NCBI GenBank assembly: GCA_977017645.1
Contig: OZ360226.1
Span: forward strand, 124,930,001-124,994,000
Origin: Torpedo marmorata
Lineage: Eukaryota
DNA length: 64,000 nucleotides
Direction: 5' to 3'
Of this stretch, positions 48,716 through 61,063 are shown one piece after another. A program made the position numbers and the translations under genes. The notes beneath the pieces are model-generated. The model made no database searches and was not told the DNA's origin. It saw nothing but the letters and a program-made list of their open reading frames with translations. The first letter of the stretch is position 1. The number at the start of each line of letters is the position of its first letter.

Positions 48716-48905
48716 AAATTCAAGATTCCTCTATTGTCATGCACACAAAATATAGAAAATTTGTTTTCCTTTGTTTGCCTGTAAAGGCACATGAAGAGGC
48801 ACCACTATCCAGCACTCCTACCAAGATAAGAAAAAAGCAAAAGAGAATCTCTTCAGAGACATTGAGTATCCATAGATCCCACCACCTCTTCCATTCCCGT
48901 AATCT
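48713..48905 (-). mobile_element. Diverged 3' fragment related to the non-autonomous Rex-tailed element
   Basis: TTCAAGATTC..TATTGTCATG..GCAAAAGAGAATCTCTTCAGAGAC..TCCATAGAT resembles 5012-5205. Confidence 0.65.
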
Positions 48906-49181
48906 CCTTAGCCGCATGGCCTCATGATCGTTCCAGCAGTGAACCCGAGCTTGAGGCATCCAAGTCACCCTTCTTGGTCCCTGAATTATATCCACTGTAC
49001 GTGGACAACAAATACCTGTACAATTTACACATTGTGAATTGGTTCTTGTAACTGTATTCACATATCCACACATTGGAGGACCTCTCCTGGAGCCAGTACA
49101 TCAAGGCAACCATGAAGACAGCACACCACTTTTAGAAATCTGAGGAAATTTGGCATGTCATTAAATACTCTGAACTTCTAC

Positions 49182-50310
49182 AGATAGAGACATGGAGTCA
49201 TGCAGCATAGAATAGGCTGTTTGGCCCAACAAGTTCATGCCGACAAACATGGTATTCTGGGCTAATTCCATTTGCCTACACAGTCCATATTCTTCCAAAC
49301 CCCTCTTGTCCAGAAATCTGTCTAAATGTCTTTTGAATGTTGTTATTGTGCCTTCTTCTAGTTTCCTCTGGCAGCTCATTCCAGACACAGACCACCCTCT
49401 TGAGTGGAAAAGAAATCCTCTCAGGTCCCTCCAAATCTTTCCCCTCTCATCTTAAACCTATGCCCTCTAATTCTAGAATCATCTACTCTGGCAAAAAGAC
49501 TGTGAACATTCACTTTAACGATGCCCCTCATCATTTTGAAAATCTCTATAAGATCACCCCTCAGCCTCCTTCGCTGTATAGAATAAAAACCCAACCTATC
49601 CAACCTCCCTATAACTCAACCCCTCCAGTCCTTGCAACATCCTGATGAATATCCTCTTCTCTCTTTCCAATTTAGAACATAGAGCATGACAGCACAGTGC
49701 AGGCCCTTCAGCCCACGATGTGGTGCCAACCGATGTGAACCTATTCCACAACAATCCACACCAATAACCCTCCATACATCCTTTTGAATGTCCCTATTGT
49801 ACCAGCCTCCACCATCACCACAGGTAATGCATTCCATGCACCCACAACACCTTGTGTAAAAAGAAATACCTCTGACATCTCCCCTAAGCTTTCCTCCACT
49901 CACTTTAAACAGATGTCCTCTGGTATTTGCTATTTTCACCCCAGGAAAAAAGGTGCTGGCTGTCCACCCTACCTAAGCCCCTCATAATCTTGTATACCTC
50001 AATTAAGACACCTCTCATCCTTTGTCGCTCCAAAGAGAACAGCCCTATCTCTGTCAACCTGCTTCATAAGACATGTTATCCAGTCCAGGCATCAGTGAAC
50101 CTGGTAATTTGACCTGGTAAATCTCCGCTGCACCCCACCACCCCACCCAACCCCACCCCGAAGGCATCTACGTCCTTCCAAGTGTGGTCTCACCAACACC
50201 TTTTATAGCTAAGTCATGAGTTCCCAACTTTTGTACTCTATACCCTGCCCAATGAAGGTTAGCATGCCAAATGCCTTCTTACTATCTTATCCATGCGAGT
50301 TGCCACTTAA
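49182..50310 (-). mobile_element. Two nested 5'-truncated CR1 3' ends
   Basis: RLGFYSIQRRRLRGDLIEIFKMMRG..RGHRFK (49421-49603). A second tail and ORF end, TRGHLFKVSGG..RGDVRG, lies at 49672-50110. Confidence 0.85.
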
Positions 50311-50598
50311 CTCACTGTTCTGATGTATTCATCTTTGCTTTCAGAATCAGAATCAGAATTTATTGTCATGAACAAGTCATGAAATAATTACATGAAATGG
50401 TCACACCTAAAGCTCAGGACACAGGTAGATGGGTGACCACTAAGAAAGGTAGAGGGAGTAGGCAAACAGTGAGTTAAGTGGCAACTCGCATGGACATTAT
50501 AGTAATGTCGTTAGATGGTTAATATGAATGTTAATTGCACTATGATGCTGCCACAAAACACATCAGAATGCTCTTTATCGACTTCAGTTCAGCATTCA

Positions 50599-52339
50599 GA
50601 ATCAGAATTTATTGTCATGAACAAGTCACGAAATTCGGTGTTTTGCAGAAGTATCGTAGTGCAAACATTCATATTATGAACCATCTTACAACAATAATAT
50701 AAAAAATAGAAATAAAAATAGTAGTGCACGAAAAGTAAGGCAGTGTCTTTTGTTCATTGATTATTCAGGAATCTGATGGCAGCGGGGAAGAAGCTAACCT
50801 TGTGCCGTTGAGTGCTCGGCTTTAGGCTCCTGTACCTTTTTCCCGATGGTAGCAGAGTGAAGAGGGCATGGCCTGGGTGGTTGGGGACTTTGAGGATAGA
50901 GGCTGCTTTTTTAAGACACCACCTCATGTAGATGTCCTCGATGGAGTGGAGTCTGGTGCCTATAATGTCGCAGGTCGAGTTAACAATCCTCTGGAGTTTT
51001 TTATTGTCCTGAGAGTTGGCGCCTCCATACCAGGCAGTGATGCAACTAGCCAGAATGCTCTCCACGGGACACCTGTAGAAGTTTATGAGAGTCTTTGGTG
51101 ACATACCGAATCTCCTCAGACACCTCACAAAGTATAGCTGCTGGCGAGCCTTCTTTGTGATTGCATCATCATAGAGGCTCCAGGACAGATCCTCGGAGAT
51201 GTTGACACCCAGGAATTTGAAGTTCTTGATCCTCTCCACTACTGAGCCCTCGATCAGGAATGGTTCGTGTTCCCCTGACTCCCTCCTGAAGTCCACAATC
51301 ATCTCCTTGGTTTTCCTAACATTGAGCGCAAGGTTGTTGTTGTGACACCACACAAAGAGCTGATCTATCTCCCTCCTGTACGCTTCCTCATTGCCGTTTG
51401 TGATTCTGCCAACAACTGTGGTGTCATCGGCAAACTTGTATATAGCATTGGAATTATGCCTAGCCACACAGTCATGGGTGTATAATGAATAGAGCAGTGG
51501 GCTAAGCACGCATCCTTGGGATGTGCCTGTGTTGATAATCAGTGTGGAGGAGACGTTGCTTCCAATTCATACTGACTGTGGTCTTCCGATGAGAAAGTCA
51601 AGGATCCAGTTGCAGAATGGGGTACAGAGGCCCAGTGTTTGTAGCTTCTTGACCAGCACTGAGGGAATAATGGTGTCGAAGGCTGAGCTGTAGTCGATGA
51701 AGAGCAACCGTATGTATGAGTTGCTGTTTTCGAGGTGTTCCAGAGCTGAGTGGAGAGTTAGCGATATTGCATCTGCTGTGGAGCGATTGTGACGATGGGT
51801 AAATTGCAATGGGTCCAGATCTTTGCTTAGGTACGTGTTAATTCTGGCCATGACCAGCCTCTCAAAGCATTTCATCACAGTAGAAGTTAGTGCTTCTGGG
51901 CAATAGTCGTTGAGGCAGCTCACACTACTCTTCTTTGGCACCGCGATAATTAGTGCCCATTTGAAGCAGATGGGAACCTCTGACTGCAGCAATGAGAAGT
52001 TGAAAATGTCCGTGAACACTCTGGCTAGTTGGTTGGCACAGATTTTCAGTACCCTGCCAGGTACGCCGTCGGGGCCTGACGCCTTGCAAGGGTTCACCCT
52101 CTTGAATGATGTTCTAACATCGTCCTCAGAGACAGATATTACAGGGTCCTCAGCCTTTGCAGGGATTCTCGTAGGCACTGTTTGGTTCTTCTTCTCAAAG
52201 CGGGCATAGAAGGTGTTCAGCTCAACGGGTAATGAAGCATCACATCCCTCTATGGTGTTTGCCCTCGCTTTGTAGGCTGTAATGGCCTGCACTCCCTGCC
52301 ATAGCTGGCGTGTATCTGTCTCTTGCTTCCTCCGGAGTT
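50599..52339 (-). mobile_element. Younger Rex1/Babar LINE inserted antisense into the Rex host
   Basis: ORFs 51567-52343 and 50754-51509 read KASGPDG, LNDY.P.ALTS..MKCFERL, LFIDYSSAF, YKFADDT, HPGHALF. (ATTCTG)n tail. TSD GCATTCA at 50592-50598 and 52340-52346. Confidence 0.92.
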
Positions 52340-53569
52340 GCATTCAACACCATCATCCCCTCAAAAGTGATCAGCAAATTCCAAGACCTGGGCGTCAATA
52401 CCCCACTGTGTAATTGGATCCTGGATTTCCTCACCTCCAGACCACAATCAGTGAGGATTGGTAAGAACGTCTCCTCCACAATCTCCCTCAGTACTGGAGC
52501 GCCATAGGGCTGCATTCTTAGCCCCTGCTCTACTCACTTTACACCTGCGGTATGTTTGTGTGGCTCGGTACGACAATTTAACATCATCTACAAATTTGCT
52601 GACGATACCACGGTAGTGGGTTGTATAAAAAGTGGTGATGAGTCAGCATACATGAGGCAGAGAGAAAACTTGGCTGAATGGTGTACTTACAACAACCTCG
52701 CACTCAATGTCACCTCAACCAAGGAGCTGATTGTCGACTTGAGGAAGGGAAAACCAGAGGTGTACGATCCAGTGATCATTGGGCAATCAGAGGTGGAGAG
52801 AGTGAGCAAATTTAAATTCCTGGGAGTCACTATAGTAAAGGATCTTTCCTGGACCCATCACACAAATGTCATTGTGAAGAAAGTACGTCAGTGCCTCTAC
52901 TTCCTCAGGAGTTTGCGAAGGTTTGGTATGACATCGTAAACCTTGGCAAACTTCTACAGATGTGTTCTTTAGGAGGGGAAAACCAGAGGTACAGTATACA
53001 ATCCCGTGATCATTGGGAGATCAAAGGTGGAGAGGGTGAGCAAATTTAAATTCCTGGGTTTCAGTATCTCACAGGACCTTTCCTCGACCCAACACAAATG
53101 TCTTTATGAAGAAAGCGAGTCAGCGCCTCTACTTTCTCAGGAATTTGCGGAGGTTTGGTATGGCATTGAAAACCTTGGGAAACCTACAGATGTGTAATGG
53201 AAAGTGTGCTGACCGGCTGCATCATGGCATGGTATGGGGCCACCAATATCTCTGAGCAGAAAGCCCTGCAAAATGTAGTGGACACAGCCCAGTACATCAC
53301 AGTCAAAACTCTCCCCACCATCGAGAAATCTACATGGAACACTGCCATTGGAGAGCAGCAGCAATCATCAAGAATCCATACCACCCAGGGCATGCTCTGT
53401 TCTTGCTGCTGCCATCAGGAAAGAGGCATAGGTGCCACAAGACCCGTACCATCAGGTTCAGGAACAGTTGCTACCCCTCCACCATATAACCATATAACCA
53501 TATAACAATTACAGCACGGAAACAGGCCATTAGGCCCTTCCAGTCCGCACCGAACCAAAACATTCCTAT

Positions 53570-56524
53570 CTAGTCCCACCTACCTGCACCTTGCCCATAA
53601 CCCTCCACTTTCCTCACATCCATATACTTGTCCAACTTTTTCTTAAATACTAAAATTGACTCTGCTGCCACTACTTCTCCCGGAAGCTCATTCCACACCG
53701 CTACCACTCTCTGAGTAAAGAAGTTCCCCCTCATGTTACCTCTAAACCTCTGCCCCTTAACTCTTAGCTCATGTCCTCTTGTTTCAATCTCTCCTATTCT
53801 TAATGGAAATAGTCTATCCACATCCACTCTGTCTATCCCTTTCATAATTTTAAATACCTCTATCAAATCCCCTCTCAACCTTCTACGCTCCAAAGAATAA
53901 AGACCTAATCTGTTCAATCTCTCCTTGTACTCTAAATTCTTAAACCCAGGTAACATTCTGGTAAACCTTCTCTGCACTCTCTCCAATTTGTTGATATCCT
54001 TCCTATAATTTGGCGACCAGAACTGCACACAGAACTCTAAATTAGGCCGCACCAAAGCCTTATATAATCTCAACATCACTTCCCAACTCCTATATTCTAT
54101 GCATTGATTGATGAAGGCCAGCATACTAAAAGCCTTCTTCACCACCCTATTCACATGAGTTTCCACCTTCAGGGAACGATGCACCGTTATTCCTAAATCT
54201 TTCTGCTCTTCTGTATTCATCAATGCTCTCCCATTTACTACATATGTCCTGTTCTGATTCTTCTTTCCAAAATGAAGCACCTCACACTTATCAGCATTAA
54301 ACTCCATCTGCCATTTTTCAGCCCACTTTTCTAAGCAGCCCAAATCCTTCTGCAATCCTTGAAAACCTTCTTCATTATCCACTATTCCACCTATCTTGGT
54401 ATCATCTGCATATTTACTAATCCAGTTTACCACCCCATCATCTAGATCATTAATATATATAACAAACAACAATGGGCCCAATACAGATCCCTGAGGCACA
54501 CCGCTTGTCACGGGCTTCCAACCTGACAAACAATTATCCACTACCACTCTCTGGCCTCTCCCCTCCAGCCAATGTTCAATCCATTTGACTACCTCAGAAT
54601 CTATACCTAAAGACTGCACCTTCCTCACTAACCTTCCATGCGGAACCTTATCAAAGGCCTTACTGAAGTCCATATAGACAACATCCACTGCACTACCCTC
54701 ATCCACAGTCCTAGTTACCTCTTCAAAAAATTCAATCAGATTGGTCAAACAGGACCTTCCGCTCACAAATCCGTGTTGAGAGTTCCCGATCAGACCCTGC
54801 CTATCCAGATATTTATAAGTCCTATCTCTGAGAACTTTCTCCATTAATTTACCTACCACAGACGTCAAACTTACAGGCCGATAATTGCCAGGCTTCCTCC
54901 TTGAACCCTTTTTAAATAACGGAACCACATGCGCAATACGCCAATCCTCCGGCACTATCCCCGTCTCTAATGACATTTGGAAAATCGCCGTCAGAGCCTC
55001 TGCTATTTCTTCTCTTACTTCTCTCAAGGTCCTGGGGAAGATCCCGTCGGGTCCTGGAGACTTATCCACCTTTATATTCCTCAAAAGCCCTAACACTACA
55101 TCTTTCGTAATCCCTATATTCTCCATATTTACCCCATTAGCTTTGTTTATCTGGCATATATCAATATCCTTCTCCTTGGTGAATACCGAAGAAAAAAAAC
55201 TGTTCAATATCTCCCCCATTTCACTAGGCTCCACACACAGTTTTCCGTTCTGATTCTCTAAGGGACCAATTTTGTCCCTTGCTTTCCTCTTACCATTAAC
55301 GTATTTGTAAAAACCTTTTGGATTAACCTTCACCCTGCTTGCTATAGTCTCTTCATACCTTCTTTTTGCTATCCTAATTCCTCTCTTAAGATTCTTTTTA
55401 CATTCATTGTATTTTACAAACATCTCCTTATTTCCATGCTTCTTATACTTAATATACGCCTCCCTTTTTTTGCGAACCAAGTTTCCAATATTCCTCGAGA
55501 ACCACGGCTCCCTCAAACCTTTTGCCCCTCCTTTTAACCTAACAGGAACATAAATCTTTTGCACTCTCAAAATCTGATCTTTAAAAGACTTCCATCTCTC
55601 TACAACATCCTGCCCATAAAACAAATTGTCCCAATGCACACCCTCTAAGTCCTTTCGCATCCCCTCAAATCTAGCTTTTCCCCAATCAAAAACCTCAACC
55701 CTTGGCCCTGACTTATCTCTTTCCATAATGACATTGAAGCTGATAGCATTATGATCACTGGACCCGAAATGCTCGCCAACACAAACCTCCGTCACTTGAC
55801 CTATCTCATTTGCTAACAGTAGATCTAACACGGCTCCTTCTCTGGTCGGTACCTCTACATATTGTTGTAAAAAACTCTCCTGCACACATTTCACAAATTC
55901 CAACCCATCCAGCCCTTTCACAGAATGGGTCTCCCAATCTATATGTGGAAAATTAAAATCTCCCACAATCACAACCCTGTGCTTATCACAATTATCCACT
56001 ATCTCCCTACAGATATGTTCCTCCAGGACTCGGTCCCCTCCGGGTGGTCTATAATACACCCCTACAAGTGTAACTTCTCCTTTCCCACTCCTCAGTTCTA
56101 CCCAAACAGCCTCCGTCGACAAGCCCTCTAATCTATCCTGCCTAAGCACCGCTGTAATATTCTCCCTGACAAGCAATGCAACACCACCTCCTCTTGCTCC
56201 TCCGGCTCTATCACACCTAAAGCAACGAAACCCAGGGATATTCAACTGCCAATCACATCCCTCCTGCAACCATGTCTCACTAATGGCTACCACATCATAC
56301 TTCCAAGTATCAATCCACACCTTCAGCTCATCCACCTTTTTTACAATACTCCTGGCATTAAAATATATGAATTTCAGAGATTTAACACTTCTTAATCTTT
56401 GTTTGCCCTCATCATTAGTAACCTTCTCTATCACCTGCCCATCCATATTCAAACTCTGACTACAAACTTTCTCTGTTCTATCCTTCTCCTGACTGCTCTG
56501 TACTATTTTGCTCCCTCCCCCCAT
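53570..56524 (-). CDS. CR1 ORF2, intact 984 aa (APE endonuclease + RT)
   Basis: YFNARSI, AISETWL, GVYYRPP, VGDFN, GSSDH, NYRPVSLTS, YMDFSKAFD, GVPQGSVLGP, YADDTK, with no stops. Confidence 0.96.
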   Translation of the reverse strand: MGGGSKIVQSSQEKDRTEKVCSQSLNMDGQVIEKVTNDEGKQRLRSVKSLKFIYFNARSIVKKVDELKVWIDTWKYDVVAISETWLQEGCDWQLNIPGFRCFRCDRAGGARGGGVALLVRENITAVLRQDRLEGLSTEAVWVELRSGKGEVTLVGVYYRPPGGDRVLEEHICREIVDNCDKHRVVIVGDFNFPHIDWETHSVKGLDGLEFVKCVQESFLQQYVEVPTREGAVLDLLLANEIGQVTEVCVGEHFGSSDHNAISFNVIMERDKSGPRVEVFDWGKARFEGMRKDLEGVHWDNLFYGQDVVERWKSFKDQILRVQKIYVPVRLKGGAKGLREPWFSRNIGNLVRKKREAYIKYKKHGNKEMFVKYNECKKNLKRGIRIAKRRYEETIASRVKVNPKGFYKYVNGKRKARDKIGPLENQNGKLCVEPSEMGEILNSFFSSVFTKEKDIDICQINKANGVNMENIGITKDVVLGLLRNIKVDKSPGPDGIFPRTLREVREEIAEALTAIFQMSLETGIVPEDWRIAHVVPLFKKGSRRKPGNYRPVSLTSVVGKLMEKVLRDRTYKYLDRQGLIGNSQHGFVSGRSCLTNLIEFFEEVTRTVDEGSAVDVVYMDFSKAFDKVPHGRLVRKVQSLGIDSEVVKWIEHWLEGRGQRVVVDNCLSGWKPVTSGVPQGSVLGPLLFVIYINDLDDGVVNWISKYADDTKIGGIVDNEEGFQGLQKDLGCLEKWAEKWQMEFNADKCEVLHFGKKNQNRTYVVNGRALMNTEEQKDLGITVHRSLKVETHVNRVVKKAFSMLAFINQCIEYRSWEVMLRLYKALVRPNLEFCVQFWSPNYRKDINKLERVQRRFTRMLPGFKNLEYKERLNRLGLYSLERRRLRGDLIEVFKIMKGIDRVDVDRLFPLRIGEIETRGHELRVKGQRFRGNMRGNFFTQRVVAVWNELPGEVVAAESILVFKKKLDKYMDVRKVEGYGQGAGRWD

Positions 56525-56529
56525 CCTTT

Positions 56530-57429
56530 CTAGTTTAAAGGCTCCTGCGTAGCCCTAGCAAATACCCCTGCCAGAATTCTGGTCCCCCTGGGATTCAAGT
56601 GCAACCCGTCCTGACTGTACAGGTCACTTCTCCCCCAAAAAAGGTCCCAGTGATCCAGAAACTTGAAACCCTGCCCCTTACTCCACCCCTTCAGCCACGT
56701 GTTAATCCTCCACCTCATTCTATTTCTATTCTCACTGTCACGTGGCACAGGGAGTAATCCAGAGATTACCCCCTTTGCGGTCCTTCTTTTTAACTCCCTA
56801 CCTAACTGCCTATACTCACTTTTTAGGACCTCTTCTCTATTTCTTCCTATGTCATTGGTACCGACATGTACCACGACCTCTGGCTCCTGTCCTTCCCCCT
56901 TTAGGATATCCGGGACACGAGCAGCAACATCCCGGACCCTGGCACCAGGGAGGCAAACCACCATCCGGTTCTCCTTGCTGCGCCCACAGAATCCCCTATC
57001 TGTCCTCTTGACTATGGAGTCCCCTACGACTATTGCCCTCCTCTTCCTTTCCCTACCCTTCTGAGCTACAGGGGCTGACCCCGTGCCAGAGGCACAGCCA
57101 CTGCTACTCCCCCCAACTATGCTGTCCTCCTCAACAGTACCCAAAGAGGCGTACTTATTGTTCAGGGTTACAGACATAGCGCTCCTCTCTGGCACCTTAC
57201 TCTTTTTTGTCCCTCTCCTAACGGTCACCCACCTTTCCTCCTCCCGTGGCCCTGGCGTGACCACCTGGCTGTAACTCCTGTCTGTGACTTCCCCTGTTTC
57301 CCTAACCAAACGGAGGTCGTCGAGCTGCAGCTCCAGTTCCCTAACTCGGTCCCTGAGAATCTGCAGCTCTAAACACCTCGTGCAGATATGGACATCAGGG
57401 AGTCTGGAAGACTCCAGGACCTCCCACAT
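56530..57429 (-). CDS. CR1 ORF1 (zinc finger/leucine zipper + SGNH esterase), missing its first codons
   Basis: ICTRC..LELQLDDL zipper, then VVGDSIV, VHVGTND and DGLHLN esterase blocks. Confidence 0.9.
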   Translation of the reverse strand: MWEVLESSRLPDVHICTRCLELQILRDRVRELELQLDDLRLVRETGEVTDRSYSQVVTPGPREEERWVTVRRGTKKSKVPERSAMSVTLNNKYASLGTVEEDSIVGGSSSGCASGTGSAPVAQKGRERKRRAIVVGDSIVKRTDRGFCGRSKENRMVVCLPGARVRDVAARVPDILKGEGQEPEVVVHVGTNDIGRNREEVLKSEYRQLGRELKRRTAKGVISGLLPVPRDSENRNRMRWRINTWLKGWSKGQGFKFLDHWDLFWGRSDLYSQDGLHLNPRGTRILAGVFARATQEPLN

Positions 57430-60400
57430 CTGGCACTACCATCAGACTCCTAAACAACAAACTCAATGAGAGACTCATTTAAGGACTCTTACTTTGCACA
57501 TTATTTATTATTGAATAGTTATTTTTTTCTGAATTGCAGTTTGTTTGCATTTCTTTTTTTGTTTACATTTTTCTCTTTTGTATGCGTATCTTTTGTTGAG
57601 TAAAGTTTTTTGCACAACCAATAAGTAGAAATTCTGCCTGGCCCGGAAGAAAAAGAATCTCAGGGTTGTATGTGATGTCATGTATGTACTCTGACAGTAA
57701 CTCTGAACTTTGAACTATGAATAGTTTAATTGCCAACATTGGGAAACTATTTGACAGTGAACATACTGTTTAAACTTGGAAGTTTTTTTTTCAAACAGCT
57801 GCAGAAAATGATACTGCCATAGAAAAGGGGCTTAACCCAGAGTAGAGCAATCTTGAACCTATTTCAGTGTCTCTTAGCATCTGTTTGGAAAATTGATGCT
57901 GGACATTCTCAATAGGTTAGATAGTAGCAAACCTTTCCCCATGGTAACACAGCTGTTTCATCAGGATATGGTTCTGAATTTCAAGAATCTCCAGTTTTGA
58001 GCTACCCAAATTTTATAAAGACAAACTGGTTCACTATTTATTATTACAGATTAAAACGGAAGGAACACTACATTCCATACTCAGTCTATACTCACTCAGT
58101 TACTCTTCATGTTGTTTGTCTTATTCTTTCTTACAAGCCCTGTCTGTCATTTGTGTCCTTCAGGCAGTGTTGGTATTAATGAACCACTCTTGAAGGTGAG
58201 CATTGACATCCCCTAATGAGAGATCCATACTTTGACTGTTTCCTCCAATTGGGTTTCAGTACATAGGAGAATTGATTATTGAGCTGGGGAAAAGTGATAC
58301 GAGGTAGGAGGCAGGTCTTTTTATTAGTCTAATGGTTTCGCAGCATCTAGAGCCAACAGTGCCACACGAGGTCCCTCTATTGGTTCTCTGTCCCTACCTT
58401 CTGGATTTTTGGATGGCTGGATGGGATGGAGGTTTATTTTTAACAGTTTGACATTGATGACTTAAAGGTCTGATGTGCTAGTGTGGAACTGGAGTAATGC
58501 TCAGGTAAAACTGCTTATGGATTGTAGTTTTCTTTCTGCTTTAATCTGTAATAATAATTAGTGAACCAGTTTGATTTTATGAAATTTGGCTAATTTTAAT
58601 TTGTACCAATTCTATATTTTCAAAATTTTAAAACTGCTCATATTCTAACATTGGTTTGATTGGATTTAAACTCGTGTTTCTCGGAATATTGGTCTCGGAA
58701 CTTGATGACAACAATAAAAATAATGCATCTTGAAGCTCATTGCTTTGACTTTGAGAGCAGGTTTCCTTGAACATGTGTTGTCTTGTTTTGAGAATTAAAT
58801 ACATTTTAAAAATTATTTTAATTCTTTCATTTTTTCCTGTGCTACCACAATGGTGAAATGGTAGCCTAAATGTGTAGAATTCTAGGCATGATTTTTTTCC
58901 TCCTCAAGAACAAAGAGCTGTCTGAAGAATATGTGGAGGGAGATTCTTGCAATCTACTGTTCCTTGAGATGGCAAGCCTGTAATCTATTTGATATTTTCT
59001 TGAATATATCTGAGAAGATCTGCTTCTTTTACCTAATTTCCATCAAGTAAGCATTCCTGGAATTTGCTATCAGCTGCATACAATTTTATCAAGGATGGAT
59101 GCAACTCTTTCAGTGGCTATTAAACCAGAGCCTTAAGCTAGCTCACTCTTTCAAATTGCCTTGGGAGAGGAATATCATCTGGATCCGTCAGACTACAGCT
59201 GTAGTTTTTCAGGCCAAAGTCTTTATCACTCTTCTACCTGAACATTTACAGCACAAGTGACACTCTCCTCGTGTTCCCAGGAATGTAGGAATTCATATTT
59301 GGAATGCATGCCATGTTGTATACTGAATCTGTAAGTTTTATAGGTAAAAAAGGCTCATGAAACAACTGTATGGCATGCATGTAATCAACAATTTTGCATT
59401 ATATGCTTGAATGCCAGGTTCTCTCAGAGGTTGTAATGTGGGTTTTTTTTAATATCTGGGAAGATGGATGAATGGAGGCAGGAACACACTCTTGAGCAAT
59501 TCCTCTATGACAAAACAAACAGATTATACCACAGGTATGCTGAATCAAATGTTCCTCTGACTAGATGTAAGTGTTTGACCCTGCAAATTGAGGCAGTTTT
59601 GTCTGGGAAGATAAGTCACAGTGCTGGATGGCAGAAGATGATAAATACTTTGAAAGGGTTGAAAAGTCCTCAATGCTGAGACAAGAGAAGAAAATTAGGG
59701 ATCATTATACGTTCAAATAATTTTAATTGTGTGCAATATCCATGAAAATGACTCAGAATGCTTAACCAAAAATATATATGCAGCTTTTATAAATTAAAAA
59801 AATTAAAATGAAAAACTAAGGGCAAGTATTTGAAGTGATTTCCCAGTTAAATTCCATCATTAGGAGCAAATAATGAAAATCTGTTGAAGGGGAATGAAAT
59901 TTTGGTAATCCTTTAAATTTGAAGAGCAAAATTCCAAATTCCAAACTGTGTACTTCAATCCCCTTGCTGCACCAACATCCTGTCTGTTAATGCTATAGGC
60001 ATATGAATCCCCAAAACACCATGAGAAACACACCAAGGCATAATCAAATTTAAGCCAAATAGTTGTTTTTTTTTGGCAGAGAGTGGTTGGAGAGGGAGTT
60101 CCACAGAATAGACCAAGATAGCTCAGAAGGTCAACTACTTATGGTCAAGCAGAGGAGGGGATAATCAAGAGAGGTAGTATAGTTAAATGAGGACACTGAT
60201 TTCAGCATTGATCATGAATGTCAGGAGTGATGATCAAGTTAGAGTCTGTTTGGATCAGGATTTGAATAGTTTAGATCTGACATTCATGGAGAGTTATGGG
60301 TTCAGGTTAGCTGCTGATATCATTGTTGTTGCTATTTCTTATAAGAAGACCCTACATTCCATCGTGATTCAGACATCTTGAAACTTTGTTAAATGAGAGA

Positions 60401-61063
60401 ACAGCTCAGTAGATGTAAAAATGCATTTGCCTTGTTATATAAATTATAAAATGTGTCTCCCAAGCTTTTTCAGTATTATAGTTCAGTGAAATAAGATGAA
60501 TATTAATCATTACACTATTTGGTTTCACTGACAGCAACAAATAAGTTGGGCTTACACATGTCAATATAGCTTGTCATTTTTTATTAATACAACATAAACC
60601 TGCCCCATCTTTCCCATTTCACTGGGTCACTTTGCATGACTTAAACAAATAGCTTATGTCTATCTTCTCAAATCCTAACCTTAGATTTCAGGTCATAGCC
60701 TGTCCCAACAGATATATATTTACAAATGTAATTGTTGCTGCATGTTCCAGCTATTTCTCTCTCTGTTCACAATGAAAAAGGATGATGCATGGCCATTCCT
60801 TGGCCATTGTTCAGGACAGGGACCATGTTACACAAAGGGGAGGATCAGAGATCATGCAACACAATGAACTGAATCTTAACTCTCTAAACCAGATGAGTTG
60901 GATTGTGGAATTGGCTAAAGCACAAAACATTTATTTTACAATTGAACAGGAATAATCCATTTGAAATTTGTCGAATTTCATTTTCATAGTGGAAGGATTG
61001 AGATCAATCAGATTGTGAAAAATTGATTGATCATTGAACAATCTCGAAGCTGCAGTCTAATTT

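Larger units (their letters stand above)
53486..57434 (-). mobile_element. Young CR1 LINE, nearly full length, inserted in the Rex host
   Basis: (GTTATATG)n tail at ~53483-53506, intact ORF2, ORF1 open but truncated near its start. Short ACCAT duplication at the junctions. Confidence 0.96.
50560..57718 (+). mobile_element. Rex1/Babar LINE host in three pieces (50560-50598, 52340-53485, ~57435-57718)
   Basis: IRMLFIDFSSAF continues as AFNTIIPSK at 52340. YKFADDTTVVG follows. An internal duplication of ~52740-52965 lies at ~52968-53195. After the CR1 it resumes with ACCATCAGACTCCT and ends in a CTGAACTTTGAACT tail. Confidence 0.88.

Noticed and set aside
54638-57469. Plus-strand ORFs opposite the CR1
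   Set aside because: Antisense shadows of the intact CR1 ORFs with no recognisable domains.
59464-59679. 71-aa ATG-initiated ORF in unique DNA
   Set aside because: No recognisable motif and a length expected by chance. The splice signals are weak.
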